From: Octopus vulgaris
Taxonomy: Eukaryota
NCBI GenBank assembly: GCA_951406725.2
Contig: OX597814.1
Coordinates: 67,146,001 to 67,210,000, forward strand
DNA: 64,000 nucleotides
Direction of reading: 5' to 3'
The position numbers and the translations under genes were made by a program. Below, piece after piece: positions 37,816 to 49,200 of this stretch. How positions within the stretch are numbered: position 1 is the stretch's first letter; the number at the start of each line of letters is the position of its first letter. The notes under the pieces were generated by a model that worked only from the letters and a program-made list of their open reading frames with translations, ran no database searches and had not been told where the DNA came from.

Positions 37816-38369
37816 AAATAGAAACATTTACTGTCAAAAGAAAAAAAGCGTATTTTTCCGTTGCCAAGTCTCTGTATCTAATTGAAAGATAAGAGTTTCT
37901 TTCCTTTCAGGGTTAAGATTATTATCAGAATACTTTCCCATTATGCACCGTTTTGGGTATTCATACCCCGCAAACCTCTAATATCCGAAGACACCACTTG
38001 TCCAATTTACGCAAAATTTGTTTTATTCTGTTCATATTAACATCTCAGGGTAAACTTAATTCATAGTATTCTCCCATTATGTGCCAGTTTGGCTGGGTAA
38101 CACTGCAAGCAAGCAAAGAAGACTCAAACTGACTTTTAATGTATTATAGATATAAATCATTCATTTCGATTAACATCTGTTTCCTGTGTTAACATGGCTT
38201 AGACAGACGTAAATATTAAGGCAAGGTTTTTATGACTAGATGCATTTCTTGTCACTAAACTGTTTTCAGAAGAATTTGAGAGCATATTCAATGAACAATT
38301 TCAGTGACAAGAAATATCAATAAACATTTCATTCTTCCCTTGACTACACCTTTTTCTTGCATTTGGACA

Positions 38370-38935
38370 CAATTTTTTATCTGTCATCATTATCTTGGAG
38401 ATTTTCCAAGTGGGCTCTTCTGATCTCTTGTAAACTACCTGACAACTGCAATGGTCCACCTATTGTCTGCAAGCCTCGCAACATGTCCATTCCAGCAGAA
38501 TTTGTGCTTTTAGAATTCCTTTCTTGAATTACTTTGTTTTGGTAATACTCCTGCAAATGTATTCCTAGCATGGATCTTTCCATGACTCTCAATGCTGTAT
38601 CCGGTATTATTTTTCCTTATTCTTCACAGCCAATGTCTCATTTGCATACAGGAGCACAGATAAAATAGTACTAATGAAAGTGTCTTGCAGATTTGGACTT
38701 GAGCATGGAGATCAGTTGTGCATTTAAATCTGAGCACAGCTTTAAATAAGGCAAATGCCTTCATACCTGCTCTTACTCTGCACAAAATTCCAGTGTCCAT
38801 ACCTCAGCATATATTTACTGTCTGTCCCAAATAGATATATTTCTTCACCTCCTCAATTTCATCACTTTCTGTAACAATTCAGCCTTTTCAAACAGCATGT
38901 ATTTTGTTTCCACATGGTTTATTTTGAAACCTACG
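38370..38935 (-). mobile_element. Decayed RTE (BovB-like) ORF 3' fragment
   Basis: EEVKKYIYLGQ and LRVMERSMLGI remnants. Confidence 0.65.
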
Positions 38936-39064
38936 GCTGATCTCTGAACCCTGATATCTTAATAACAAGAAATAGGCCATGGCATATCAGGTGACTTGCC
39001 CTGAATTCTGACCAATCATATTTCAAACACATCATGTGACTGCATGATTTGAATAGAAATTTCA

Positions 39065-39172
39065 GATCTTTTCCTTTTCATGGGCAGCTCGATTAACTAA
39101 ACACTTTGAAACTTCGTATACTGGTAGAATGTGTCAAAAAGAATATCATTTTACTCTTAGCATTGTTGAGAA
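39065..39172 (+). mobile_element. One-ended fragment of the Merlin-type MITE seen at 59046-59624
   Basis: Shares aactaaacacttt.aaacttcgtatactggtagaatgtgtcaaaa. Confidence 0.8.
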
Positions 39173-40258
39173 TGAACTGAAGTTGCTAAAGAAAGCTTAA
39201 ATTATTGGCAGTTGTTCTGGTTTAAAGGATAGGACTTAACTGATATTGTTCAAGTTAGGTCCAATTTTGGGGACAAGTTATTGTCATGGTTCTGATGACA
39301 AATTTCAACAAACCTGAGGTTAGGTATTGCTGTGAATTGGAGGCATACAGCACAAGTTCTTGGAAATGTTGTATATGGAAATGAACATGAGCACATACAA
39401 AATACAAGTATCTGTCTATACATATGTGTGTGTGATAGTGATGATATATACACACACACACACACACACAAAGTACAAGTATCTGCATATACATGTGTGT
39501 ATGTGTGTGTTTGATGATACACACACACTCACACACATTATTTATGTCCATACTAGCATGGACTGGACAGTTTAACAGGATATGATGGGCCCAATGATAG
39601 CATCATGCTCCTGTACCTGCTTTGGCATGGTTACAATGACTGGATACTCTTTGTAATGCCAAACATTTTACAGCATATACTGGATGGTTTTTTTTTTTCA
39701 TGCTATCAGTACAATTGAGGTTATCATGCAACTCACAAGGCAATGAACCCTGATGAGGGAGTCAGCATTATGCAAGGGAAGGAAGGATTGAAGTATGAGA
39801 GGTGGGGAGGCAGAGTAGGTTCTTGTAGAGAAGCTACATGGCTACTTGAATTTAGGAGAAATAGTGACAATGATCAGTAGCAAAATAAAATAGTGGTGAT
39901 GGGGTATTCAGGTGGCTTCACAAGGCATTGAGATAAACTTGAGAACATCATACTGCTAACACACTAATCAGCAGAACAATAACAGCCATAATCCTAAGGC
40001 AGTCATATGGTTAAATAAATCTATATTTACCTCTCATACCCCATTTTGTTTTTATACGCTCCTCACAAAATAATTTAATCACTCAGATTTTCTGGATGTG
40101 CATGGATGCTTTACATTAGATTACTTTGTAATTGATTATGATGTGGACTGATAGCTGAGTCTGTATGAGGGGCTTACTGTTATAGTAACATGATTCTCTG
40201 AATCCATATCTTATACTACTCATTTACACACACATACATATATACATGTACATATGTG

Positions 40259-40298
<40 letters not shown>

Positions 40299-40330
40299 AA
40301 ATATATATATATATATACACACACACATGC

Positions 40331-40406
<76 letters not shown>

Positions 40407-40433
40407 GAATATATACATACATGTATACATATA

Positions 40434-41450
40434 TCAGGTCATCCCATAAGTACTGTCCGAATTTTGAATAAAGAAAACAAGTGATCAAATGTTATATTTA
40501 ATTGAAATTTAATCATCGATATACTTTCTCTGATTATCTATGACTTTCTTCCATCTATTTACAAGCTTTTTAATCTCATCAATGTAAAACACTTTTGGTT
40601 TCAAAGAACTCTGAAATGTCAGTTTCCACCTTGTCCTGGCTTACGAAAGTTATGTCCCCCAAATAATTCTGTAAACTACGAAACAAATGGTAGTCTGAAG
40701 GTGTATGGTTGGGAGAATAGGGTGGATGAGGAATTTTTTGCCAGCTGAGCTCTTCGATCTTCTGTGATGTGATCTTTGGAGTGTGGGGGTCACACATTAT
40801 CCAGATGAAACATCACTCCTTTTCGAGTCACTAAAGCAGGTCTTTTTTTCTTCAAAGCTTGGTTCAAACGCTCCAATTGCTGACAGTAGACTTGAGCACT
40901 GATTGTTGCATTAGGTGGTAACAATTCAAAGTGAATTACTCCTTTGCAATCCCTCTAGATACAGAGAAGAACCTTTTTTCCATAAAGTTCCCTTCTCGGT
41001 TGTGGTTGAGCTTTTTCCCTTTTACCTAGCCACTGTTTACGACGTTTAACATTTCGATAGAAGATCTATTTTTCCTCACCATTCACAAGTCTATCCAAAA
41101 AAGGTGAAATAAATTCACAAGAATGGAGATAAGGGCAGATGTCAACTCACGATTTGCAGTTGCTTTCGTACAATTCATGAGGCACCCATTTTCCAAGTTT
41201 AGGAACCTTTCCAAGCTGTTGAAGATGAAAACAAACAGTTGTATGGTTTGAACTAAGCTTTATTGCCAATTTTTCAACTGATAATGCAGGATTTTCTTCA
41301 AGTAATGCCTCAAGGAGCTTATCATCAAACTCAACTGGACATCCTGTTCGATCTTCATCTTCAAGGCTGAAATCTCCACTACTGAATTTTGCAAACTCTC
41401 TTCTGCAAGTTCTTTCATTCAAGCATTCTTTCCCATAAACTAAGTATACA
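40434..41450 (-). mobile_element. Mariner transposon relic with one TIR
   Basis: TIR tcaggtcatcccataag next to a (TA)n tract; motifs GKWVPHEL and HPPYSPNHTPSDYHLFRSL; 5' end replaced by an unrelated fragment. Confidence 0.88.
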
Positions 41451-41454
41451 ATGT

Positions 41455-41785
41455 AGAGAAAAAAAAAACGATTTGAACACCTGGAGGAAAGCACCATTGA
41501 AAAGTGTCTTGGTGTGACTATGAAAGATATCAAGTATCTAACCAGAGGCAGTAAATTCGCCACAATAGAAGTAAGGTTTGAGTCAACAGAGCATGCAAGG
41601 GAGTACTCGACTCGAACCTTGCAAAGTGGAAATATTTTATTTTTACCTTTATATCTGGGACATAGGACATTCTGGATAAAAATTAAAAATGTCCCTCCCA
41701 GAAGTAGAGGTAGGCTGGATTGTAGCCACTCTTCTATACAAGAGGGAGGACAAGATACAATTGATTGAAATTGCAAGAGAGGGGC
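41455..41785 (+). pseudogene. Diverged fragment of the ORF1-like family seen at 36028-37334
   Basis: IEKCL...RGSKFATIEVRFE...FLPLYLGHR...IKNVPP/EVEVGWIVATLLY aligns with IEKCL...RGRKYGTVDVRFE...LLPSYCGKR...ISKIPPEIDTERIVAAIIY. Confidence 0.8.
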
Positions 41786-41973
41786 CTACAATTCCAGTCT
41801 GTTATATATGTACTAGCACTATGACCCGGCAACGCCGGGTCATCATGCTAGTATATATATATATAATTAAAGTCAAAATGAGGGTGAAAAAATTCGATAT
41901 TAATTTAATAACATCAATTTAAACACCAGTGGCCTAGCGTATAAAACACTGAGATTCAGTAAATATTATTAAT

Positions 41974-42146
41974 ACACAACTATAAGAGAGAATCAACTAT
42001 GTGGACGCTCTTACGCTAGATATAGATCCGAAAGGGACTCAACCACTAAGAATTGTTCTCAAGGAGAACAATTCTTAGTGGTTGAGTCCCTTTGTGGATC
42101 TATATTTAGCGTAAGAGCGTCCACATAGTGGATACTCTCTCATAGT

Positions 42147-42151
<5 letters not shown>
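41974..42151. repeat. Near-perfect 178-bp palindrome
   Basis: About 87-bp arms around a 3-nt loop (aag, 42061-42063), with few mismatches. Confidence 0.95.
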
Positions 42152-42203
<52 letters not shown>

Positions 42204-42204
42204 G

Positions 42205-42950
42205 TATAAATAAATAAATGGAGTTTAACACAGGTGTAATTCAAATTCTTTTACTTCCAACACATGTTTCAAAGATATCACTGATATTATTCCAAAGGAA
42301 TAAAATGGTGGAAAACAATGTAATCTTCTCTTCAGGGAAATGAAGAAATGAAACTCATCAATAAGACATTTTAACCAAAAATTATGGATATATATAGTGA
42401 TTAACTGAACACTATTAATATTGTTTCAAAAAAACGTTATAGGATATAACATCAGAGGTAGCCTATAGAAAGAAGAGAGATAAAGTAAAGAAAAACTAAA
42501 TAAATGAGAAATATATGACTTTATGTATATTAAATAAAACCTTATAGACTAGGAAAAATATATATATAGTGAATGTGAATTATAAAAAGAAAATTAATGT
42601 TTGAATTATATATAATGATAGGGATCATTTATATGAACTGAAGGTGTGTTTTTGCCGATGTTTACATCGGTATGCACGCTCTATAACCGTGTTTACAAGG
42701 GGATTTTTAGAAAAAGGAATGAAAAATAGTTCAGAATTACAGAGAAGACAGAATTCCTCCCCTTTGTCATAAGGTATCGAGATTGAGAGAATCTGTAAAT
42801 TTCAACTATATATAGTTGAAATTTACAGAAAAACAAAAGACGAAGACTGGTGTATAAACAAGAAGCAAGTGTATTAGTTTGATACTCAGGAAGGTGAGAA
42901 AGTCTTTTACATTTTGATCCTACGCTCTTCAACAGAAAGGAACACGAGGA
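42205..42950 (-). mobile_element. Penelope-like 3' end: endonuclease C-terminus plus terminal repeat with hammerhead motif
   Basis: PYDKGEEFCLLCNSELFFI...LVNTVIERAYRCKHRQKH...TGA (42625-42627); ttcc-CTGAAGA-gaagat...atcttt-GAAAC at 42255-42339; (TA)n on both sides. Confidence 0.72.
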
Positions 42951-42961
42951 AATATATGTAA

Positions 42962-42993
<32 letters not shown>

Positions 42994-43024
42994 TTAATTC
43001 TCTTTTTGCATAGAGGATATGTTC

Positions 43025-43091
<67 letters not shown>

Positions 43092-43299
43092 CAGAATCAT
43101 TCAGTTATTCAGTGTCACTACTAGACAGTAAATGTGCACGCCTTCTGTTGTTTTTCAGTGGCACAAATTCACTCTCATCACTGGAAATATTTAATGGCGA
43201 TATATCTTCATGTGTATCTTGAATAAAATTAACATGTTGTGTTTCTTTTGTTTCACTTGTTTGAATATGAATTCAGTTATCAGATGCTGTGATTTTATT

Positions 43300-44850
43300 T
43301 TTGTTAGTTCTTTATGATTCTTCATAACGCGCCATAATCATTTTCAAATCACGTTGGAATTGCACAGCTTGCTTACCATTGTTATCATTTGCAAGAAAAT
43401 GATTTCCAAATTTGAAGGTCTTGTAGAATTGTACTAGCAGATAGTGGAACCACTTCATCATCATTACTATAATCTAACATGGTATCATATACATTCTCTG
43501 AAATACTCTGTTCTTCATTAATTGTTAATTCTGCAATATTTTCAACTGTTAATTCTTCAAAACCTTCCCTGCCAATCTGATGTGACGAAGTAATGATATC
43601 AGAATGTAATTTGTTCGTATTTATATAAGATATGAGATTTTTACAAATTCTGGCCAAAGTGATTTCCAGCATGCATTTAGGGTGGATAGCTTCAATTTGG
43701 ATAAAGCCAGGGTAGTATATTTAACACAATTAATTATAGTAAAGTTTTTCCATGCTTGAATGATTGAAAATGTACCAACTTTTTCTAGTTCATCTATAAT
43801 ATATTCAAATGTTCACTGGGTATATAATTTGAATGTTGAAATTACACCCTGATCAAGCAGTTGAATCAGCGATTTTGTACTAGGTGGCAAGAATACAACT
43901 TCTACATTCAAGTGTTCCAAATCTTGATGACCAGGTGCATTGTCTATAAGTAAAAAGACTTTAGTTTCAAGACTTTTATCTTACATATATATTCTTACTT
44001 CAGGAGCAAAGCAGTTGTTAAACCATTCAGTAAATATTTCTGCTGTCATCCATGATTTTTTTATTGGCTCTCCAATGAATTGGTAATTTACTTGAGTCTA
44101 CGCCTTTCATTGCACACAGATGAACTGATCAATTAATTAATAACGGTTTTAACAAACAATCTCCTGAAGCGTTGCTACATAACAAAAAAGTTACATGGTC
44201 TTTAGCTGCCTTAAAACCACTGGCACATTTCTCTGATTTTGCTATATACGTTCTGTTTGGCACTTTTTCCAAAAGAGACCAGTTTCATCTCCATTGAAAA
44301 CTTGGTCTGAAATGTAACCACCTTCTTCAATTATTTTGGTTAGTTTTGAAAGAAATTCTTCAGCAGCAGTCTTATCTGCCGATGAAATTTCATATCTCAT
44401 TTTTATATTATGCAAGGAATTTTGTAAGCCATCCCATACTTGCAGCAAATTCATTCTTCTTTTTATCACTAGACAGATGTAATGCACTTGATGACTCCAG
44501 ATCATTAATCATCTTGTAAAATCATAATACTATCTGTTTTATGGTTTTACCATCTACTGGTATCCTTTTTTTGTTTTCTTCTATCCATATTAAAAAAGCT
44601 TCCTCCATTTTTTTCTTGAATTATATCTCTTGTATATGATGACTTGGTAGAAAATTTTGTTCCAGAAGCTACAATTCATCTAATGGCAGTATCATTCACT
44701 TTGATCATTCATATCATAGCTTCATTCAGGCAGAAAGCTGTACCCAAGGATGCTGCACTTTCACCCTTACAAAGACAATCCAAAATATTAATCTTGGTCT
44801 CCAAAGAAATTGATGCTCTTTTATTTTTCTTAGCTGTATCAACCAACATT
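43300..44850 (-). mobile_element. pogo/Tigger-like transposase relic
   Basis: RASISLETKINIL (HTH), FNGDETGLFWKK, LLIDNAPGH, FLPPSTKSLIQLLDQGVI; many stops. Confidence 0.88.
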
Positions 44851-45485
44851 TTGGGGCAGGTTATCACAGAGCATAAAATACATGACAAATCGTTTGTATT
44901 AAACTCAATGCTAACGAATGCCGCCCTGCACCATCTGATGGAGCTGTTACATGCCAATAGAGGTATGTATAGTGTATAGCTCCTGCCCACACTGAACACT
45001 GCTCTCTACTACTCATCACTTGAGAAAGTTCAAGCTACTCCAGCTGCTTGCCCATTCTTCGTCCGTCTTCACTTCGGAGCACTGAGCAGAGATCGCATTG
45101 CATTTGTGCACTGACCGGTGCACACACTCATGCTCTATACCGCTGATGATGATGACGAGCACCATCTTAGCCATCGACCACTGCCCCAGCCTCGCAAACA
45201 TAACACACGGATACACACACTCACGACGACAGCCTTTTGACCGCACCATATTGACGGCCAGTGCCACACGAGCGGCTGGCAACGCTTTGCAGCAGCAGCC
45301 AGCTCTTTGCTCACTCTGAACACTGCTCTCTAATAATCACTTGCTTGAAGTTTAAGAGAGTCCAAGCTACTCCCGCCATTTGCCTACAATTTGTTCAACG
45401 TCTTCAGTTTGGAGCACTGGGCAGAGATTGCATCGCATCCGTGCACCACCTCCCCCGCCCATATATATATATATATATATATATA

Positions 45486-45851
45486 TCATCATCATCGTTT
45501 AGCGTCCACTTTCCATGCTAGCATGGGTTGGACGGTTCAACTGGGGTCTGGGAAGCCAGAAGGCTGCACCAGGCCCAGTTTGATCTGGCAGTGTTTCTAC
45601 GGCTGGATGCCCTTCCTAACGCCAACCACTCCATGAGTGTAGTGGGTGCTTTTTACGTGCCACTGGCACAGGTGCCAGACGAGTCTGGCAAACGGCCACG
45701 ATCAGATGGTGCTTTTTATGTGCCACCGGCACGGGGGCCAGGCGAGGCTGGCAACGGCCACGAACGGATGGTGCTTTTTACGTGCCTTTGGCACGAGGCC
45801 AGTCGGGGCGGCGCTGGCAACGGCCACGAACGGATGGTGCTTTTTACGTGC
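45486..45851 (-). mobile_element. Short 5'-truncated RTE copy (3' UTR only)
   Basis: (CAT)n plus the reverse complement of about 4715-5005, with an extra internal module. Confidence 0.9.
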
Positions 45852-45894
45852 ATATATATATGTGTGTGTGTGTGTATATATATATATATACACA

Positions 45895-47052
45895 CAGGGG
45901 GTCCTGAAATTAAGGCAACCAAAGTTTCGGGCTTCGATAACTATCAATTATAAAAGCTTAGTGTGTCTTGTTTTTGTTTCAGAACAAATAAATTCAGATT
46001 TATAAATTAGATAATGGCTATAGACCAAAATACAATCATAACCCTCAACAGCAGGAGTGAAAGTAATACAGCTATAGCAAAAAGGCTTAAAATTAAATGA
46101 ACAGTCTGGAAAATTGTCAAGAAATTTCAAGAGACTGGTTCCACAGCTGATCAACCTGGATGTGATTGAAAAAGAAATGCGTGAACCTTTCAGTTTATCA
46201 AAAGTACTAGAGAAAGAATTAGAAAAATCCTCAGTGTTCAGTCAGAAAACTGGCTGCCACAGCAAAAATAAACTGAACATCAAAGTATCGAGTACTAAAG
46301 GGGGATCCACTGTCATGAGCTATAAGGCCATGAGACTGGAGAGAATTCATCATATCCTGTGTCAGGTTGCTGAAGGCACACTGCCCAACCTGGTGTTTAC
46401 TGATGAATAGAAATTTGATATCGAACAGATAGTAAGCCACTAGAAAATCGACATCAAAATCCATAGTCAGTTATGGTATGGGCACTTGTGACAGCTACTG
46501 GATGGTCTCCCCTGTTTTTGTGCCCTTGGGTGTCAAAATTAACACACAGTGATACATTAGCAACATTCTGGAAGCTGAACTGCTTCCATGGGCAAAAGAG
46601 CACTTTCAAGGCGCATCTTGGAGCCTCCAACAGGACTTAGCAGCATTCCACAGCTCCAAACAGGCAAAACTCTGCATTCAGAAAAACATTCTATCTTTCA
46701 TATGCAAGGATGTATGGCCCTCAAGAAGCCCTGATCTCAATCTGTTAGATTTTTCTGCTTGGTCTATTTTGGAAATGAGGATCTCAAGTACTCATCATGC
46801 TTTGCTTGATACTCTGAAGGCAAAACTTCACCAGGAATGGACTTCGATTCTGCAAGAATAGTTGTGTGCCATGTGTGAAGCATTCATACCTAGACTTAAG
46901 ACTGTGATTCAAAACAAAGGTAGTCATATCGAATAAATGTGGTAGAGACATAATTGTGTTTCTTTTACCACTGCATTGCAGCCTGAAATATATCGATATT
47001 TTGCTTTGACAAAATTGAAATAAGTTGGTTGCCTTAATTTTAGGACACCCTG
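45895..47052 (+). mobile_element. DD37D (maT-type) Tc1/mariner transposon, degenerate
   Basis: 26-bp TIRs caggg(g/t)gtcct(g/a)aaattaaggcaacc; VFTDE, then QQD...WPSRSPDLNLLD with 37 residues between the last two Asp. Confidence 0.88.
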
Positions 47053-47087
47053 TATGTATGTATGTGTACTTTATATATATATATATT

Positions 47088-48252
47088 AGGTGCACGTGTG
47101 GCTGTGTGGTAAGAAGTTTCCTTCTCAACCACGTGGTTACTGGTTCAATGCTACTGCATGACACTGTGAGCAAGTGTCTTCTAATATAGCCCTGGACCAA
47201 CCAAAGCCTTGTAAGTGGAGCTGGTAGACAGAAAGTGAAAGAAGCCCATTGCGTGTATATACAGGGTGTGATGGGTAAAATGTTGCCATTCTATATTTCT
47301 AATTTCACACATGCGCATTGTTTGTGTTTGATTTGTCAACTACAGTAGAGTCAGTTGAGCCGCATCTGTGAGATAAACAGCACCATGATACAATTCACTC
47401 TGCCAGAAATTTGGAAACGACATGCTGTACTGCTTGGCATTCGTGCTGGAAGCTCCAATATGAATATTTCAGAGTGATTGGGTGTCAATCTGAAGGCATG
47501 TACCAAGAGTGATAAAAATCAAACATCCAGTCAACATCATGGTGTTTGGAGTAATCAATAGTGGTGATGTTATGCCTCCATTCATCTTCCCACATGGCTT
47601 CAAGACTCAACAAGGAGGCCTATATCAAGTGCCTAGGTCAAGAGGGTAGCTGCTGGAAGATCCAATGTTGGGCAACAGGACTGCACCATGCCACACAAGC
47701 AGAACCCAGTCATGGCTGTCAGACAATTCTGCGACCACAACACCTCTAACATCTGGCCACCTAACTCCCCAGACTGCAAGCCCCTTGATTATGTATGTAG
47801 CACAGTTGAGCGAGAGACCAAAATAACTCCTTGTAATACCAAAGATGAACTGAAGGCAAGGATTATGGCACCATTCACCAACTTAAACAAGGAGATTGTC
47901 CAGAAGAGTTGCAGGAGATTCTGAAGTCATCTGAAGGCCATGGTTGAAGCCAATGGCAAATTTATTGAATAAATTTACTCTGTAGTATTTCAAGAAATTT
48001 TTATGTAATTTTGGTAAATATATCTGTTAAGATGAGATGTCAGTGTTATTTCATTTTTGCGTAATTTAGACAATTTATTCACCGCACTCTGTATATGTTT
48101 TTGTTTGTCCCCATCACCATAACTTAGCAGTTCAGCAAAACAAACCAATAAAATAAGTACCAGGGTTTAAAAAAATAAGTACTGGTGTTCAGTTGATTGA
48201 CTAAAACCCTTCAAAGTGGTGCCCATGCATGGCCACAGTCTAATGACTGAAG
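47088..48252 (+). mobile_element. SINE family B split by a Tc1/mariner insertion
   Basis: Head at 47088-47260 and tail at 48095-48252 match 62418-62779. Confidence 0.78.
47262..48091 (+). mobile_element. Internally deleted Tc1/mariner (DD37D-like) element
   Basis: Diverged TIRs cagggtgtgatgggtaaa / tttattcaccgcactctg, TA flanks, WPPNSPDCKPLDY motif. Confidence 0.8.
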
Positions 48253-48254
48253 TA

Positions 48255-49200
48255 CAAGGGTGGGCTGAAAATTTCAGAGGCTGGCTACAAAGGTGTGATG
48301 CAAAAGCTGTGAAATTTAGCATGCATTAATTTCAACTCTCTTTATTAATAACTGCATTGTTCCTTTCCAGGTAAACTGATATCTGACTGCTCAAAGAAGA
48401 CTTCAAAACTAACTAGTAGCAATTTCTCCTGAAAATGGACAAAATTTGGCATAGTGGTGTTATCAAATACCTGCAGAAAAAGAGTTTAGCCTTCAACAGC
48501 ATGCATACTGACATGGTTGCTACATTGGGGGATGGTGTTCCAGCTTTAACAACAGTACAAAAGTGAGCAGTTGAATTTAGGAGGGGAAGGTAGAATTTTG
48601 AAGATGACCCAAGATTTGGACATCCTGCTACTGCCACCACCAAGGAAAACATGGTGATGTATGACAAGCAATTAATTACAAATCAAATAGACAATGATAT
48701 TAGCGAACTTAGCATGATTAAAGTTTCTGTTCAGTAGGTGCCACATCTGACATCTGATCGAAAGCGCACTAGGCTATCACATCACAGGAAAATCTAAGCC
48801 AGGATGAGAGCCAGAGACAAGACAATCCATATACGAGAAAACACTCCTCCTAACCTACTCCAAAGAAGGCCAATGTTTCATCAGATGGAAAAGTGATAAC
48901 TTCAGTTTTTTGGAGATGCAAATGGCATTCTATTTGTTGACTATCTTCAAAAGAGTCTCACCATCAATGGAGAGTACAATGACAACTTACTGAGGTAGTT
49001 ATGAAAGGCTATCAAGACCAAACACACAGGGAAACTGATGAAAGAGATTTTGTTTCATCAGTACAATGCTCCAGCATACAAGTCCTTGGTTTCAATGGCT
49101 GCAGTGCGTGACTGTGATTTTGAACTGGTTGATCACCCTTCCTATTCTCTTGATTTGGCCCTATCTATTATCTGTTCCCTAGCATGAAAAAACACTTTCA
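48255..49200 (+). mobile_element. Mariner relic with left TIR only
   Basis: MDKIWHSGVIKYL...FEDDPRFGHP, FHQYNAPAYKS and HPSYSLDLA remnants. Confidence 0.8.

Noticed and set aside
37905-38095. Staf/ZNF143-like TTCCCATTATGCA sites suggesting an snRNA-type gene
   Set aside because: Both sites belong to a diverged local duplication of about 135 bp; no recognisable RNA gene is nearby.
40216-40488. YI-repeat ORFs
   Set aside because: (TA)n/(CA)n microsatellite.
41147-41776. 209-aa minus-strand ORF as one gene
   Set aside because: It is a chimera of the antisense ORF1 fragment and a mariner transposase remnant.
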